This document shows positions 42,865-53,293 of a stretch of DNA of 64,000 nt, piece after piece. A model generated the notes under the pieces. It saw only the letters and a list, made by a program, of their open reading frames with translations, was not told the DNA's origin and made no database searches. Source of the DNA: Bdellovibrionales bacterium (GTDB lineage: Bacteria; Bdellovibrionota; Bdellovibrionia; Bdellovibrionales; UBA1609). Position numbers and translations under genes: made by a program. The stretch is taken from NCBI GenBank assembly GCA_965219095.1, contig CBDCMT010000001.1:800001-864000 (forward strand). Reading direction: 5' to 3'. Position 1 is the stretch's first letter, and each line of letters opens with the position of its first letter.

Positions 42865-44919
42865 ATGAAATATTTTAGATTAACAAAGCTTTTTTACAAT
42901 TTAGGAGGACAGTTTTACCTTTCTTTTTTTAAAAAAACTTTATTGTTTTTTTTATCTGCCCTACTTCTCATTCAAGGCTCCTATGGCTTAAAGCCTAAGG
43001 TTTCTTATAGCAAAAGTCATGAGGACTCAAAATTTGTGCAAGCACTTTCTAAACTTCAGACTAAAGTCCTTAAAGCAGGTGATGAGTTTTTTGAGGAAGC
43101 AAAAACTTTTTTTGTCTCTGAAACTGTTCAGTCAGTTGATTTAGGTGGAGGGATTAAAGTTTTATCCGGGAAGCTTCAAAATGATTCTTCCTTAGAAATT
43201 ATAAGACGTTTAATAAAACAAATAATGTCTGAAATTGATTTAGAAAGAACCTCTGGATCATTGCAAAAGGATCAAAAACTTTTTAAAGTGCTTAAAAAGC
43301 TTGAAAGCAAAAGCTCTTATGAAGATAACAGGAGACGTTTGACTTTATTGCGTTTTACTATGGTGGGAGGGATGTCAGGATTTTCTATTTATATAGGAAA
43401 CCCTGAGGCTCCTTGGCTGATGGCCTCCTTAGTGGCAGGAAGTTTTTCGGCTTTGATACAATATGCAAATCATACTTTCTTGGATTTTTTAGAATACAAA
43501 TTTAAAATTCCAAGATTTTCTACATCTCAAGGATCTTTTCAAGGTTACAGTGTTTTTGATAAAGAAGCAAAACAAATACTTTTTGAAAAAATATTAGAAC
43601 TTGAGAAGTATGTATCTTCCAGAAAAGATTCTGATTTCGATCGTTTCGTGTTTCAAGAAAAAGTTACTTTCATTTTAAATTCTTTAAGTGCTTTCAAAAT
43701 GAATGAGAATGTTCGAGAAAAGCTTAAAGAAAAGTACGACAAGATTTCATCTAAAATGAATCATTTGAAAAACAATCCTAAGTTTGACAAACAAGAGTTA
43801 GAGCAGGCAAAAAAAGAACTCTATCTTAAATCCGTAGAGCTTTCTTCTTATTTAGTTTATTCTCATCATATGGAAAAAATTCAAGGATTTTTTACTTCTT
43901 TAAGAGAGGACTTACATCAGTTAGAAAAAATAAATATGAACTTAGAAAGTAGGGGACGGCGTTTAAGAAATTTAGTAAAGGTGGTTGAGAGTATAGAGCC
44001 TCAGAAACTTACAGTTCTGAATTTAGAAGCAGGCCTTAAAAGTCTTAATTTAAGATTAACCCTTTTAGGAGTAAAAGATGTTGTGAAATTCATAAAAGAA
44101 AAGTCTAAGAATGTACATATACAAATTCTTGATAAAACAAAAAGAATAAGTAAATCTAGTATGTATTTTAAGTGGTGGCTTACTGAAGTGGCTTACCTTT
44201 CTCTTATTCCCATGTTCGTGGGAGTTTTTAGTTCGCAAGTAAATGCTACTCATTCTTTTTTGGAAGTTATCACCGTAGCAACTATAGCTACTATCTTTCA
44301 AGGCTCTTTAGAAAGAGTAAACATTCAACATCGCAGAAGGGAGGAAAAAGAGCTTTCAAAGGAATTGATAGAGAATATAGGAGGAGAAAAGAGAGTGCAT
44401 TTTGTAAACTTAGCCTTCCAAGCTCTTCTTTTAGGTAAAGACTTAAGTAAAGAAAATGAAACACTTATTTCTAAGCTAAAGGATGAATACATGAAAGAAG
44501 GGAATACAAATTTGGTGATAAAAATTCTAAATGATGAAAGGTTAGATGAATTGATCCCTCAAGCTAGAGAAGTGATGCTTAAAGCTCTTGTGAAAGACAT
44601 GATAGAGAATCCAAGTGAATTTTCTAAACAAAAAACTTACAAAGAACTCTACCATCATAATAAAAAAATCGTTAATATAAGAAGTATTGGACTTTCAGCC
44701 CTTGCTACAGGTCTAGCTTTAACAGTACTCTTAACGGAACACTCTAAAGTTTTTTTAGGCTTAACAGGCCTAGAACTTTCAATGCTTGCTTTAGGCCCTT
44801 CCTTGGCTTGGCTTCTAGACTTTGTTTTGAAGAGAAAAGAAAAAAAATTAAAGTCTAAAAAAGAGATGTTAAAAGCTCAAAAAAGAAAGAATCTCAATCT
44901 CTGTCCCGGGCTTTTTTAA
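42865..44919 (+). CDS. Large hypothetical membrane protein
   Basis: 684 aa; signal-like N-terminus, three hydrophobic helix pairs, coiled regions, C-terminal CPGLF. Confidence 0.75.
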   Translation: MKYFRLTKLFYNLGGQFYLSFFKKTLLFFLSALLLIQGSYGLKPKVSYSKSHEDSKFVQALSKLQTKVLKAGDEFFEEAKTFFVSETVQSVDLGGGIKVLSGKLQNDSSLEIIRRLIKQIMSEIDLERTSGSLQKDQKLFKVLKKLESKSSYEDNRRRLTLLRFTMVGGMSGFSIYIGNPEAPWLMASLVAGSFSALIQYANHTFLDFLEYKFKIPRFSTSQGSFQGYSVFDKEAKQILFEKILELEKYVSSRKDSDFDRFVFQEKVTFILNSLSAFKMNENVREKLKEKYDKISSKMNHLKNNPKFDKQELEQAKKELYLKSVELSSYLVYSHHMEKIQGFFTSLREDLHQLEKINMNLESRGRRLRNLVKVVESIEPQKLTVLNLEAGLKSLNLRLTLLGVKDVVKFIKEKSKNVHIQILDKTKRISKSSMYFKWWLTEVAYLSLIPMFVGVFSSQVNATHSFLEVITVATIATIFQGSLERVNIQHRRREEKELSKELIENIGGEKRVHFVNLAFQALLLGKDLSKENETLISKLKDEYMKEGNTNLVIKILNDERLDELIPQAREVMLKALVKDMIENPSEFSKQKTYKELYHHNKKIVNIRSIGLSALATGLALTVLLTEHSKVFLGLTGLELSMLALGPSLAWLLDFVLKRKEKKLKSKKEMLKAQKRKNLNLCPGLF

Positions 44920-45647
44920 AACTCAGCTCCAATAAGAAATTGAAGAGCAAAAGAATCTCCGTTGAGAAATAACTCTGTTGGGATCAGAGCATCGCTATCG
45001 CTATTTGGATCTTTAAAAGAAAAATTTCTTCTTTCTGTTTCTGGGTTAAAAAGCTTATAAAGAAATTCAATTCCTAAGGCAATTTTCTTTCTTACAAGGG
45101 GGAGTTCTAATCCTAAACCTATATGGGCTCCTACAAAAGGATCACTAAAAGCATCAGTTTTGGCTGTAGCACGTTTAAAAAGGTAAAAATAATTGAGTCC
45201 TAAAAGAATATAAGGGTTGAGGAGGCTTATTTTTTGTATGGTCTTTTCAGGATTGATATAAGTTCTAAAACCTATGGAGTTATCTAGATGTGAGAGGACA
45301 AGCCTATGCTGAACTGTGTTTCCTTCTTGATTGTGATGTTCATAATCTTCAGGAATTTTTGCAAAAACAAAAGTATAGTAAAGAGAAAAACGAAGACTTA
45401 GAAAGTAATTAATAAAAAGACCTACATGAGGGGAGTTTCGATTCAATTGAGCATAGCCTTTTGTGAAGCCTGTATAACCTGCAATAAAGCCTATATCAAA
45501 AAATCTTCCATGACGAAAAAAATCAATATACCTTTGTTCTTCTCCCTCGTTTTGAAAACTTTCAAACTGACTGTGGTGAACGAAAGGGTCAGATTGTGAG
45601 TCCTGAGCTTGAGAAAAAGAGAATAGAAAAAAGAGTAAAAAGAACAT
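44916..45647 (-). CDS. Outer-membrane beta-barrel protein
   Basis: Signal MFFLLFFLFSFSQA, alternating beta strands, NPYILLG, C-terminal Phe. Confidence 0.75.
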   Translation of the reverse strand: MFFLLFFLFSFSQAQDSQSDPFVHHSQFESFQNEGEEQRYIDFFRHGRFFDIGFIAGYTGFTKGYAQLNRNSPHVGLFINYFLSLRFSLYYTFVFAKIPEDYEHHNQEGNTVQHRLVLSHLDNSIGFRTYINPEKTIQKISLLNPYILLGLNYFYLFKRATAKTDAFSDPFVGAHIGLGLELPLVRKKIALGIEFLYKLFNPETERRNFSFKDPNSDSDALIPTELFLNGDSFALQFLIGAEF

Positions 45648-45710
45648 ATTTTTATTATAAAAAGATTTCGGTTGACCGCATAGGCTAGTTTTTGTTAATT
45701 TATCTTTAAA

Positions 45711-46715
45711 ATGAGTGGTAGTTATGAAAAAGCAGGAGTTCATATTAAAGAGGCTGATAGGTTGGTTTCATGGCTTAAAAACAAGCCCTTTGTTAGGCCA
45801 CAGAAAGGGTTTGAGGGTTTAGGTGGCTTTTCAGCTCTTTTCAAAGTTGATTTTTCTTCTATAAAAAAACCCTATCTTGCTAGCTCCACAGACGGAGTAG
45901 GAACAAAGCTTAAACTTGCCTGTCAGTTTCAAGAGTATGAGGGTTTAGGCCAAGATCTTGTGGCTATGTGTTTAAATGATTTGGTTTCTTCTGGAGCTAA
46001 TCCTTTGTTTTTTTTAGATTATTTTTCTACATCGATCTTGGATTTAAAACAAGCTAAAGAGTTTTTAAGTGCTGTAGGACGTGCTTGTAAGGTGTGTGGG
46101 TGTGCTTTAATAGGAGGTGAAACAGCTGAGATGCCGGGAATTTACTCTCAAGGGATTTTTGATTGTGCTGGTTTTGCTGTAGGAGTTGTGGATGAGGATG
46201 AAATTTTAAGCTCTTTAAAAGTAAAACCTCAAGATGTAATCATAGGAGTTTCAAGTTCCGGCTTTCATAGCAACGGCTACTCTCTTCTGATCCATGTTTT
46301 TGAAAAGGATTTAGAAGAATATAAAAAGGAGCTTCTGAAACCGACTTACCTTTATGTAGAACTTATGAAGCATTTAAAACCTTTAGGTTCTAGTTTAAAA
46401 GCTGCCGCTCATATTACAGGGGGAGGATGGGACAATCTTTTAAGAGTTTTACCTCAAGGACTTGAGGCGAAACTTAAGAGTTGGAGGATTCCTTACCCTT
46501 TTAAAGAGGTTCAAAAAAGAATTGGGCTTTCAGATGAGGAGGCTTTGAGAACATTTAATTGCGGTGTGGGTTTGATGTTGATTTTAGATTCTGAATCTAT
46601 AAACTTTTGTAAAAAACAAATTGAGGGCTTAGGTTTTAGTTATTTTGAACTCGGTGAAGTTGTTAAAGGTGAATCAGAAAAGAAAGCTCCTCTATGGAGT
46701 TTTAATGCCTTTTGA
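45711..46715 (+). CDS. purM: AIR synthase
   Basis: STDGVGTKL, GQDLVAMC, FFLDY, GGETAEMPG, SSGFHSNGYSL, AHITGGG. Confidence 0.96.
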   Translation: MSGSYEKAGVHIKEADRLVSWLKNKPFVRPQKGFEGLGGFSALFKVDFSSIKKPYLASSTDGVGTKLKLACQFQEYEGLGQDLVAMCLNDLVSSGANPLFFLDYFSTSILDLKQAKEFLSAVGRACKVCGCALIGGETAEMPGIYSQGIFDCAGFAVGVVDEDEILSSLKVKPQDVIIGVSSSGFHSNGYSLLIHVFEKDLEEYKKELLKPTYLYVELMKHLKPLGSSLKAAAHITGGGWDNLLRVLPQGLEAKLKSWRIPYPFKEVQKRIGLSDEEALRTFNCGVGLMLILDSESINFCKKQIEGLGFSYFELGEVVKGESEKKAPLWSFNAF

Positions 46716-47865
46716 TGTTCTTGTTCTCTCAGCTTTTGAAAGAGGTGATTGGCTGGCTGGTGAATTGAAAGAAAAGAACTTAAATGTAGTACTTTGTGAT
46801 GTTTCGCAACTTTTAGAGGATTCTTTTGTAGGAGATCCTTTTGGCTTTTTTTCTTCTTCTTGTCTTAAAACTTCTCAGATGAACTTCTTAGAGCATGCCT
46901 GTCAAACCAAACCTACAAGTTTTCACATCCTTTTAAAAGAAGGGCCTTTCATAGCTGGGCATCCTCTCACAGATTTTTGGCTTTCTCAAAATGACTTTAA
47001 ACTTTCCTGGGAGTATTTGTTTGAATACCCTCGTTTATCTAGAAAGGAGAGAAAAGAAAGCAGGAAAGTGCTTGAAAAAAAACCTTTTTGTTTTTCTTGG
47101 CTTGCTTACCTGAGTCACTTTTTAGCTTCCAGTTATTATTATGATTCTTATACAGATTTGAAAAACGAACCTCTCTTTTTTCATGATATATGGTATGGAA
47201 GATATAAAACAGAAAGGTTTTATCATGAGAGCTTTGCTGAAAAACAAAAGGTTTTAGTCTTAAATCCCATAAAGCCTATGTCTTCTTTTAGGCTGGGAAA
47301 GGTCAAAAAAATAAAGTTTGATGATTTAGGAGAAATAGAAGCTCAAAAGCTTGTTATAAGCCTTAATGAGAACGAACTTAAAGACATAGGATTTTCTTTT
47401 CAAACGCCTTACAAAAAACAAAAACCTCTTTTGTTTTGGTCTAAAATGTCTCTTAAGAGTTCTTGTTGGCAAAGTCATTGGGGGGAGAGGTTTTTATGGC
47501 TCCATAACAAAGACTTTTCTTGGACTCATGAGAATTTATGTGTTATTCAAAACTTAGGGGATAGGCTGGAGGTATGGTTAAGGCTACCTTACTGCTTTCA
47601 GTATCCAGATTATAGGGATAGGCTTTTGAGTACTCAATCTAAGTTTTTGGAAACGTTCCAAAAGAAAATACCTGTAGGGAATTTAAAAGTTCTCAAAGAG
47701 CTTGAGCTTGTTCGTTCGCTTCCTGTCTATAGGAGAGAGGAAAAAAAACAGAAGATGGAAATGGCTTATGGCGTTTGGTGGGATTCAGTAGAACTTTCTA
47801 GAAGGCTTGATTGGAAAGGACGGTTTGATCATCAAGAAAAGATTATAGAGGAGATGGGTTTTTGA
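46705..47865 (+). CDS. Hypothetical protein with a degenerate Rossmann-like N-terminus
   Basis: MPFDVLVLSAFERGDWLAGELKEKNLNVVLCD; overlaps purM and purB. Confidence 0.7.
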   Translation: MPFDVLVLSAFERGDWLAGELKEKNLNVVLCDVSQLLEDSFVGDPFGFFSSSCLKTSQMNFLEHACQTKPTSFHILLKEGPFIAGHPLTDFWLSQNDFKLSWEYLFEYPRLSRKERKESRKVLEKKPFCFSWLAYLSHFLASSYYYDSYTDLKNEPLFFHDIWYGRYKTERFYHESFAEKQKVLVLNPIKPMSSFRLGKVKKIKFDDLGEIEAQKLVISLNENELKDIGFSFQTPYKKQKPLLFWSKMSLKSSCWQSHWGERFLWLHNKDFSWTHENLCVIQNLGDRLEVWLRLPYCFQYPDYRDRLLSTQSKFLETFQKKIPVGNLKVLKELELVRSLPVYRREEKKQKMEMAYGVWWDSVELSRRLDWKGRFDHQEKIIEEMGF

Positions 47866-49160
47866 TTGACAGATACACAACAGAAAAGATGGGAAGAGTT
47901 TGGACTTTAGAGAATAAGTTTCAAAAAATGCTACAGGTGGAGCAGGCTGTGGCTTTTGTGCAGTCATCTTGTGGTATGATTTCTAAAAAAGCAGCCCAAG
48001 ACATTTGCAAAACAAAAAAAATCTCAGTTAAAAAAATTTTGGAAGTTGAAAAAAAAACTCATCACGATGTAACAGCTTTTGTCCAAAGTGTAGCAGAAAC
48101 TTTAGGTTCTTCGGGAGATTATTTTCACTATGGTCTTACATCTTCAGACGTTTTAGACACAGGACTTTCTTTACAGGTAAGAGAAGCAGGAGAGGTTTTA
48201 AAAAGAAGTTTAAAAGAGCTAGAAAAAAACCTTATTTCTCAAATTCGTCGCCATAAAAAAACTCTTTGTGTTGGGAGAACCCATGGTTGTCATGCAGAAC
48301 CTACAACTTTTGGCTATAAGTTATCAGGTTATTTTGCTGAACTTCAAAGAAGTAAAGGAAGGTTTGAGAGAGCTCTCTTACAGATGCAGGTGGGAAAGTT
48401 TAGCGGAGCTGTAGGGGCTTATTCTTTAATAACTCCCTCCTTAGAAAAAAAAATCTGCTCATACCTCAAACTTAAATGTGAAACCATTGCCACTCAAGTT
48501 ATTCCTAGGGATCGTCACTGTGAACTTTTAGGGTCCTTATGCTTTTTAGGGCTTTTTTTAGAAAGATTGTCAGTAGAACTGCGACATCTTCAAAGAACAG
48601 AGGTAGGAGAGGTTTCAGAGAAGTTTTCTAAAGGACAAACTGGCTCAAGTGCTATGCCTCACAAAAAAAACCCCATTAGTGCTGAAAACCTTTCAGGAAC
48701 AGCCAGACTTTTAAGAAGTTATTTTCTTGCCTCTCAAGAAAATCTAGCTCTTTGGCATGAAAGAGATATAAGCCACTCCTGCGTAGAAAGAGTAAGCTTT
48801 CCTGATTCCTTTATCTTGTGTGATTATGCTGTAAATCGTATGTCAAATCTCTTAACTCACTTAGAGGTCAACTCTTCTCGTATGTTGGAGAATATGGAAC
48901 TTTCTCAAGGACAGGTGTTTACTTCTTATCTGCTTATGGTTTTGATAAAAAAAGGCTGGTCTAGGAATAAGGCTTATAAGCTGTTGCAGTCCACAAGCCA
49001 TAGGCTTAAAGCTTGTGAGAATTTAAAAGAAAAGCTTTATGAAGATGAAAATATCAAACAGTCATTCAAGAAAAAGGAATGGAATGATATTTTCTCTGGG
49101 AAATATCATATAAAAGATCTCACAAAAGTTATTGAAAAAAGAATTCTATGTGGACGGTAG
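47862..49160 (+). CDS. purB: Adenylosuccinate lyase
   Basis: MIDRY, HDV, HYGLTSSD, GRTHG, GSSAMPHKKNP, WHERDISHS. Confidence 0.97.
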   Translation: MIDRYTTEKMGRVWTLENKFQKMLQVEQAVAFVQSSCGMISKKAAQDICKTKKISVKKILEVEKKTHHDVTAFVQSVAETLGSSGDYFHYGLTSSDVLDTGLSLQVREAGEVLKRSLKELEKNLISQIRRHKKTLCVGRTHGCHAEPTTFGYKLSGYFAELQRSKGRFERALLQMQVGKFSGAVGAYSLITPSLEKKICSYLKLKCETIATQVIPRDRHCELLGSLCFLGLFLERLSVELRHLQRTEVGEVSEKFSKGQTGSSAMPHKKNPISAENLSGTARLLRSYFLASQENLALWHERDISHSCVERVSFPDSFILCDYAVNRMSNLLTHLEVNSSRMLENMELSQGQVFTSYLLMVLIKKGWSRNKAYKLLQSTSHRLKACENLKEKLYEDENIKQSFKKKEWNDIFSGKYHIKDLTKVIEKRILCGR

Positions 49161-49867
49161 GAAGTCTTCTTTACAAAGGAAAAGCCAAAGAAGTGTATGC
49201 GGTTAAAGGTGCTAAAAACTATGTTTGCCTTCAATTTAATGATTCTCTTACAGCCTTCAATGGAAGAAAAAGGGGAACGTTTTCTAAAAAAGGCCAGATC
49301 AATCGTGATATTTCTTCTTACTTGTTCCAAAAATTAGAAAAAGAAGGAGTTATGACTCATTGGGTGAGTGATCATAACTCTTCCTCTCTTATAGTAAAGA
49401 AGCTGGATATGATCTTTTTAGAAGTGATTGTAAGAAATTTTTTAGCTGGATCTACGGCTCAAAAGTTCAAGCTTAAAGAGGGAGAAAAGCTCTCACAGCC
49501 TCTTTTAGAACTTTACTATAAAGATGATAAACTGCAGGATCCTTTTATTAATGATGAGCAAGCTCTTTGGCTTAAAGCAGTTGATAGTTTGAAAGACATA
49601 AAGCAACTTAAAACTCTAGCTTTGGATATCAATCAGAGGCTTACGAAGGTTTTTTCAAAAATTGGCATTGATGTGATTGATTTTAAATTAGAGTTTGGAA
49701 AAAAAGATTATAAGTTCATTTTAGCTGATGAATTAAGTCCTGATAATTTTCGTTTATGGGATCAAAAAACAAAAAAAAGATTAGATAAGGATCGATTTCG
49801 TAAGGACTTAGGAGGAGTGAGAGAAGCTTACGATGAAGTCTTGGTGCGTATAAAAAAAGGAGAGTAA
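49148..49867 (+). CDS. purC: SAICAR synthase
   Basis: YKGKAK, LEVIVRN, YYKDDKLQDP, DFKLEFG, LADELSPD, DKDRFR. Confidence 0.96.
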   Translation: MWTVGSLLYKGKAKEVYAVKGAKNYVCLQFNDSLTAFNGRKRGTFSKKGQINRDISSYLFQKLEKEGVMTHWVSDHNSSSLIVKKLDMIFLEVIVRNFLAGSTAQKFKLKEGEKLSQPLLELYYKDDKLQDPFINDEQALWLKAVDSLKDIKQLKTLALDINQRLTKVFSKIGIDVIDFKLEFGKKDYKFILADELSPDNFRLWDQKTKKRLDKDRFRKDLGGVREAYDEVLVRIKKGE

Positions 49868-49874
49868 AGAAGGA

Positions 49875-50123
49875 ATGAAGAGGTATAAAATTTTTTTTCA
49901 AATATTACCTAAACAAGACGTCTTAGATGTAGAAGGACGTGCTGTACAAAGAAAATTGGAACAAGAGAAGTTTCCTGTTAAACACTGTCGGATAGGAAAA
50001 TGTATAGATATGGAAGTGGAAGCCCCTAATCTTGAAGAAGTTAAAAGGAAAGCTAAAGAGATGGCTGATAAAATTCTTTTCAATCCTCTTGTAGAAGATT
50101 ATAAGTTTGAGATTCTTTCATGA
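49875..50123 (+). CDS. purS: FGAM synthase PurS subunit
   Basis: VLDVEGRAV, RIGK, NPLVEDY. Confidence 0.92.
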   Translation: MKRYKIFFQILPKQDVLDVEGRAVQRKLEQEKFPVKHCRIGKCIDMEVEAPNLEEVKRKAKEMADKILFNPLVEDYKFEILS

Positions 50124-50782
50124 AACCTGTAGGTATTTTTCAATTTTTAGGAAGTAATTGTGATAGGGATGTTAAAAAAGCTTTAGACCACTTAGGCTTG
50201 AAGAATGAGTTTCTTTGGGGGGAGGATTTTTTTTCCCCTTCAGATTTTTCAGCTTTTATTCTGCCGGGAGGTTTTAGCTATGGAGATTACTTGAGAGCAG
50301 GTGCTTTAGCGAGCTTATCTTCCAGCATTCAATCTTTAAAGGAAGCTAGTAAAAAAGGTATGCCTATTTTAGGTATTTGTAACGGCTTTCAAATTTTATG
50401 TGAAACAGGTCTATTAGAAGGCTGTCTTCTTACAAATGAAACAGGAGCCTTTATTGATAAAGAAGTTGAGATTTGTGTAAGCTCAACTTGTCCCTTTTGG
50501 GGTGGAGAAAAAATAAAGACTCATAAGCTTCCCATAGCTCACAAACAGGGGCGGTTTTTTGCCAAAAAAGAGAGTTTAAAAAGAATGCAGGACGAAGGTC
50601 TGATCTGGCTTGTTTATAAAGAAAATCCCAATGGATCTTTAGCAAATATCGCAGGTGTTTTCAATAAAAACAAAAACATAGCAGGTCTTATGCCTCATCC
50701 AGAAAGAGCTATTTTTTCTTGGTCAGGCGTTAGTCAAGATGGTCTTTTTTATTTTGAAACTTTAAAAAACAAGCTTTCTTGA
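50120..50782 (+). CDS. purQ: FGAM synthase glutaminase subunit
   Basis: GSNCD, PGGFSYGDYLR, GICNGFQIL, NPNGS, MPHPER. Confidence 0.96.
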   Translation: MKPVGIFQFLGSNCDRDVKKALDHLGLKNEFLWGEDFFSPSDFSAFILPGGFSYGDYLRAGALASLSSSIQSLKEASKKGMPILGICNGFQILCETGLLEGCLLTNETGAFIDKEVEICVSSTCPFWGGEKIKTHKLPIAHKQGRFFAKKESLKRMQDEGLIWLVYKENPNGSLANIAGVFNKNKNIAGLMPHPERAIFSWSGVSQDGLFYFETLKNKLS

Positions 50783-50806
50783 CTTGTGTAAAGTATATTA
50801 TAAAAT
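50779..50806 (+). promoter_or_regulatory. Sigma-70-like promoter of the ABC-pilD block
   Basis: TTGACT-N16-TAAAAT. Confidence 0.5.
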
Positions 50807-50815
50807 TAGTTTTGT

Positions 50816-51700
50816 ATGGCTATTTTAGAAGTTAAGAATCTGAAAAAAAGTTATAAAAAAGGGTTTCTTCCTAAAAAAGAAGAAGTTTTAAAGGGAATTA
50901 ACTTTTCGCTACAATCTGGGAGCATTACAGGGTTTTTAGGAGCTAATGGGGCAGGAAAAACAACCACCATGAAATGTCTTTTAGAGTTAGCCTTTCCCGA
51001 TGAAGGTGAAATTTACTATTTTGACGGAAAATCTATTAGTTCCGAAGTTAAAAAAAGAATTGGTTTTCTTCCTGAACGTCCTTATTTTTATGAATACCTT
51101 ACAGGCTATGAGTTTTTACGTTTCTACGGAGAGTTATCCACAGATCTTAAGGCCAAAGATCTCAATGAAAAAATCATATCTCTTTTAAAAAAAGTGGATC
51201 TTTATTTTGCAAAAGATCGCCTCCTTAAAAAATATTCTAAAGGTATGCTTCAAAAAATTGGCTTAGCACAGGCTCTTGTACATAATCCTGAGTTTGTTAT
51301 TTTAGACGAACCTATGTCAGGCCTTGATCCTGATGGTCGCTACTATTTAAGAGAACTTATCTTGAAAACAGCAAAAGAAGGAGCCTCGGTATTTTTTAGT
51401 AGCCACCTTTTACATGATGCTGAGATAATTTGTAAAAATCTTGTAATTTTGAAGGAGGGGCAGGTCATCTACGAAGGGACAACGCAAAATTTATTAGAAG
51501 GTGTTGTTAAAAATGTAGAGATTTTTTATGAGAAAAGAGGAGAAACCCATGTCTTGAAATGTGAGAAAGGTGAAAGTCTGCAAAAAAATATTGATCAATT
51601 AAGACGTCATGGAAATTACATCTTAAGCATCCAAGAAGAAAAAGCAAGTCTTGAGAGTGCTTTTATCTCTATGGCTCTAAGAGAAGGTGAGAAGGAATGA
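50816..51700 (+). CDS. ABC transporter ATPase (PilH-like, pilus-associated)
   Basis: GANGAGKTT, YSKGMLQ, ILDEP, SSH. Confidence 0.9.
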   Translation: MAILEVKNLKKSYKKGFLPKKEEVLKGINFSLQSGSITGFLGANGAGKTTTMKCLLELAFPDEGEIYYFDGKSISSEVKKRIGFLPERPYFYEYLTGYEFLRFYGELSTDLKAKDLNEKIISLLKKVDLYFAKDRLLKKYSKGMLQKIGLAQALVHNPEFVILDEPMSGLDPDGRYYLRELILKTAKEGASVFFSSHLLHDAEIICKNLVILKEGQVIYEGTTQNLLEGVVKNVEIFYEKRGETHVLKCEKGESLQKNIDQLRRHGNYILSIQEEKASLESAFISMALREGEKE

Positions 51701-52464
51701 ACACGATTTTTGTTATCGCTAAAAATACTTTTAGAGAGGTAATTCGTGATCGTATTTTGTACATTCTGTTTTTCTTTGCTGTTTTAGTTATAAGTATGAG
51801 CTTGGTTTTAGGTCAGCTGAGTTTTGGCGAACAGTCCAGAATTGCTGCTAACTATGGTTTTTCTGGAATTCAAATCAGTATGGTTGTGATTTCTATATTT
51901 ATTGGGTGCACATTGGTTCGCAAAGAACTGGATAAAAAAACAGCCTTTACTTTATTAGCACGTCCTGTTACCAGACTTCAGTTTCTTTTATCTAAAATCT
52001 TAGGTTTTTCTTTCGCTGTCTTTTGTCTTCTTATAGGTTTTTGTTTGATTCTTTCTGGGATATTACTGTTTTTAGGGTTTTCTTTTTCCATAACTTTTAT
52101 GGCAGTTTTTTGGGGGATTTACTTAGAAAGTCTACTTCTTGTTTGTTTAAGTGTGCTGTTTTCAACTTTTTCAGGACCCTTTATAGCACCCTCTTTTACG
52201 TTTGGTTGCTTTGTCATTGGTCATTGGGTGAATGATATGAAATTTTTTGCTGATAAAAGTGATTCAGATTTTTTTAAAATATTTGTAGATATTTTTAGAT
52301 CTGTTTTCCCTAATTTAGAAAAGTTTAATTGGAGAGCTTTTCCTATTTATGGCGAAAGCATATCTTTTTATGAAGTTCTTATGAGTACTCTTTACTGCTT
52401 TCTTTGGGTTTTGATTTTGATTTCTTTTTCAGGGCTTTTTCTAAGGAAAAAAGATCTTGTTTGA
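51697..52464 (+). CDS. ABC transporter permease (PilI-like)
   Basis: IAKNTFREVIRDRILY, LLARPVTR; multiple TM helices. Confidence 0.85.
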   Translation: MNTIFVIAKNTFREVIRDRILYILFFFAVLVISMSLVLGQLSFGEQSRIAANYGFSGIQISMVVISIFIGCTLVRKELDKKTAFTLLARPVTRLQFLLSKILGFSFAVFCLLIGFCLILSGILLFLGFSFSITFMAVFWGIYLESLLLVCLSVLFSTFSGPFIAPSFTFGCFVIGHWVNDMKFFADKSDSDFFKIFVDIFRSVFPNLEKFNWRAFPIYGESISFYEVLMSTLYCFLWVLILISFSGLFLRKKDLV

Positions 52465-53245
52465 CTTTTACTTTGGATGTTTTTTATTTATTTTAGGGCT
52501 TCTTTTTGGAAGCTTAGCTAATGTTATTATTTTAAGACTTCCCAAGAACGAAAGTATTGTTGTTCCTCGAAGTCATTGTCCTCATTGCCATCACATGATA
52601 GCTTGGTATGATAATATTCCTCTTTTATCTTGGTTAATTCTTTTAGGAAGATGTCGGCACTGTAAAGCACAAATCTCTTTTCGCTACCCTTTTGTAGAGC
52701 TTTTAGTCGCTCTTGTGTTTTTAGCTATTTATCTTAGAGGCGGTTTAAGTTGGTTGACTTTAGAGATGATTTTATTTTCATATGGTCTTGTAGTTGTGAG
52801 TTTTATTGATTTGGATCATATGATTTTGCCGGATAGTTTCACTTTGTCAGGTGTTGTAATAGGTCTTTTAGGAGCGGCTTTGAACCCTGAAAGAGATTTT
52901 TTACCAGCTTTAGCAGGTGTTTTTGTTGGCGGAGGGTTTTTATGGTTTGTGGCCTACATGTATTGGATTTGGAGGAAACAAGAAGGCTTAGGCGGTGGTG
53001 ATATTAAACTTCTAGCTTGGATAGGAGCCCTCTTGACTTGGAAATCTTTTCCTTTCGTTATACTATTGTCTAGTTTTTTAGGAATTGTGATAGGAGGATC
53101 TTTTTTACTTTTTAAAGATTCAAGTCTAAAGTCATACATACCTTTTGGCCCTTACTTAGCATTTAGTGCTTTGATGTATTTTTTGTTCGGAGAGAAGGTC
53201 ATTCATATTTACTTCAAACTTTTTCCTCTTCCTATTTTTTCTTGA
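52457..53245 (+). CDS. pilD: Prepilin peptidase (A24)
   Basis: PRSHCPHC, GRCRHC, FIDLDH, GGGDIKL, PFGPYL. Confidence 0.95.
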   Translation: MFDFYFGCFLFILGLLFGSLANVIILRLPKNESIVVPRSHCPHCHHMIAWYDNIPLLSWLILLGRCRHCKAQISFRYPFVELLVALVFLAIYLRGGLSWLTLEMILFSYGLVVVSFIDLDHMILPDSFTLSGVVIGLLGAALNPERDFLPALAGVFVGGGFLWFVAYMYWIWRKQEGLGGGDIKLLAWIGALLTWKSFPFVILLSSFLGIVIGGSFLLFKDSSLKSYIPFGPYLAFSALMYFLFGEKVIHIYFKLFPLPIFS

Positions 53246-53293
53246 GATTGACTTTTGCTAAAGTTTTCAGTTTAATTATAATGAGGGAAACTT

